Assembly (NCBI GenBank): GCA_001643675.2
Contig: LSRY02000063.1
Coordinates: forward strand, 124,001-188,000
Origin: Monocercomonoides exilis PA203
Lineage: Eukaryota; Protista; Preaxostyla
Length of the DNA: 64,000 nt
Reading direction: 5' to 3'
Every line of letters begins with the position of its first letter. Positions within the stretch are counted from its first letter, which is position 1. This document shows, piece after piece, positions 62,394 through 64,000 of the stretch. Below the pieces are notes generated by a model. That model ran no database searches. It was not told the DNA's origin and worked only from the letters and a program-made list of their open reading frames with translations. The position numbers and the translations under genes are program-made.

Positions 62394-62821
62394 GGTTAAA
62401 CAAAATTGGAGATTTTTTGATCAATTTTATCTTTTAATACTGAAATCTTAATGACATATAGAATATGAATTCACAAACCTATTCGATGTGAGAATATGTG
62501 CATGCATAAAAAATCTGATTGAGTTTTTTCAATAAATCATCAAATTAGGAACATTTTTATTTCACTCATAAATTAAACATTTGCGACTTTTCAAAAAGAA
62601 TGACCTAAATAAAGACTAATATAAAGACAAAATTTCAATACAAATTTATATAAACAAAACAAAACAAAACAAAACAAAATTTGAAAATTTGTAAATTATT
62701 AAATAAAAAAATAAGAAAAAAAAATAATAATAATTATTGCAATAATTAAAATTATTATTTTAACAAGAATAATAATAGTTATTTATATTTACTCATAAAA
62801 ACTCTTGAAAACAATTTTTTT

Positions 62822-63006
62822 AATTGGGACAAAATTTTAGCAATAATGAAAAAAAACGAGATTTGTTCCAAACTTTTTCTGCAATCATGTAATTATAACA
62901 CTTTCATTCTCATGCATAACAATAAAGGGAAATTTAGAAAATGAGAAAAATATTTGAAAATATAGCGTGGAACAAAATTCATGAAGCAATAAATTTTGTC
63001 CCAATT
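62822..63006. repeat. 16-bp perfect inverted repeat pair (possible small MITE or subterminal repeat)
   Basis: AATTGGGACAAAATTT (62822-62837) and AAATTTTGTCCCAATT (62991-63006), with an inner TTTGTTCCA/TGGAACAAA pair. Confidence 0.55.
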
Positions 63007-63710
63007 CAAAAAAGATATAAAAATTTTTGGACTGAATTATTCAATTCAAATTAGAAAGTATTTTTCATTTTGATAGCGAATAAAAAAAGTGGGAAATTTA
63101 ATATAAATTCGTTTGCAGAAAGTATTAATACTTCAAAAAATGCATATATCAAACCCAAAAGGTTAAACCGAAAAATGTTGATCGAAAGTGATTTTTATCG
63201 AATTTTGATAACATCAAAATTCTGATTGAGTAAAATCACATTTGATTCAATCTAATAAAACTAATCTATTCCAATAAACAATTATTAACTATTTTCAAAT
63301 ATCACTTATAGATATGAAAAAGGTCTATGAAAATACAAGAGCGCGAACAATTTCAAATAACATTTCATAAAAAAAAGTTTCCACTTAAAAGGAGAAATTA
63401 TTTAAAGTACATTAAAAATAAAATTTAAAAATTAAAATGTAAGCGCAAAAGAATTGGTCACTCATTGTACTTAAAAAAACATAAAATAAAATTAAAAGAA
63501 GTTCTTTTCGAAGAAAACCTTTCCAAACACTTTGCAGAAAAATTAATAATAAATAAATTTGTAAAAAAAATTTACCTTTTCATCATTTACAAGAACTGTT
63601 CAAAATTCAAAAAAGAACAAAATATCCTGAATAATCATACAATAATGAGTAGACATTTAATAAATCATACAACTAGAGCATATTTGACAAATAGAAAGGT
63701 TATATACAGG

Positions 63711-64000
63711 TTAAATTATGGAATCCATTTCTTTCTCCTCTTCATACGTATCATCGTCATCATCATCTTTTCTCTTTCTTGCCATGGAAAGTGAACTGAT
63801 CTCCAACAGTTGAGAAACCTCTTTATCTTCTTCCTTTGTTGATTCTTGGCACAAAGGTTGTTGGCCAACTTCTTCAGCAAAGCCCGTGCTCGGAGAAATG
63901 GCATCAAAAAACGATAAATCGGGTGTAAAAATATGTAAAATACGTTCATTGGAGCATGAATCGCTGATCGCTTGAAACGGATCTGATTGTGAAATATTTT
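63711..64000 (-). CDS. 3' end of an unidentified gene entering from beyond the window
   Basis: Stop-free frame ...NISQSDPFQAISDSCSNERILHIF...MARKRKDDDDDTYEEEKEMDSII* ending at TAA 63711. Confidence 0.4.
   Translation of the reverse strand, partial: NISQSDPFQAISDSCSNERILHIFTPDLSFFDAISPSTGFAEEVGQQPLCQESTKEEDKEVSQLLEISSLSMARKRKDDDDDDTYEEEKEMDSII

Noticed and set aside
1-64000. CRISPR array, rRNA or bacterial operon/defence system
   Set aside because: No regularly spaced direct repeats or rRNA signatures were seen, and the genes contain spliceosomal introns, so the DNA is eukaryotic.

Overview
AT-rich eukaryotic (protist) genomic DNA with short GT-AG introns and the standard genetic code. The gene families (giant beta-helix/TM/pseudokinase surface proteins and a lineage-specific two-exon helical family) resemble those of oxymonads such as Monocercomonoides; this is an inference from recalled family features. 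Bases ~1-33,000 are a transposon- and pseudogene-rich accessory region. It holds a DD35D pogo-like element with perfect 22-bp TIRs in a (TAGA)n microsatellite, a 984-bp foldback element with 358-bp arms, Tc1-like and GGGTG-ended MITEs, and a decayed Merlin/IS1595 transposase. It also holds a 717-bp near-identical inverted repeat bracketing ~19 kb, and a Sola-like DDD transposase gene carrying an in-frame ubiquitin-specific protease (USP/C19) domain, the most striking item in the window. Bases ~33,000-61,000 hold a 2,717-aa receptor-like pseudokinase and a compact housekeeping block: Vps68/TMEM50, tRNA-Leu(CAG), DPY30, a UVR-motif coiled-coil protein, ATG4 (catalytic Asp replaced by Asn), a signal-peptide 2H phosphoesterase, Vps55 and a UCH-L deubiquitinase. 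The last 3 kb contain more MITEs. All family calls come from recalled motifs and manual translation; no database searches were run.
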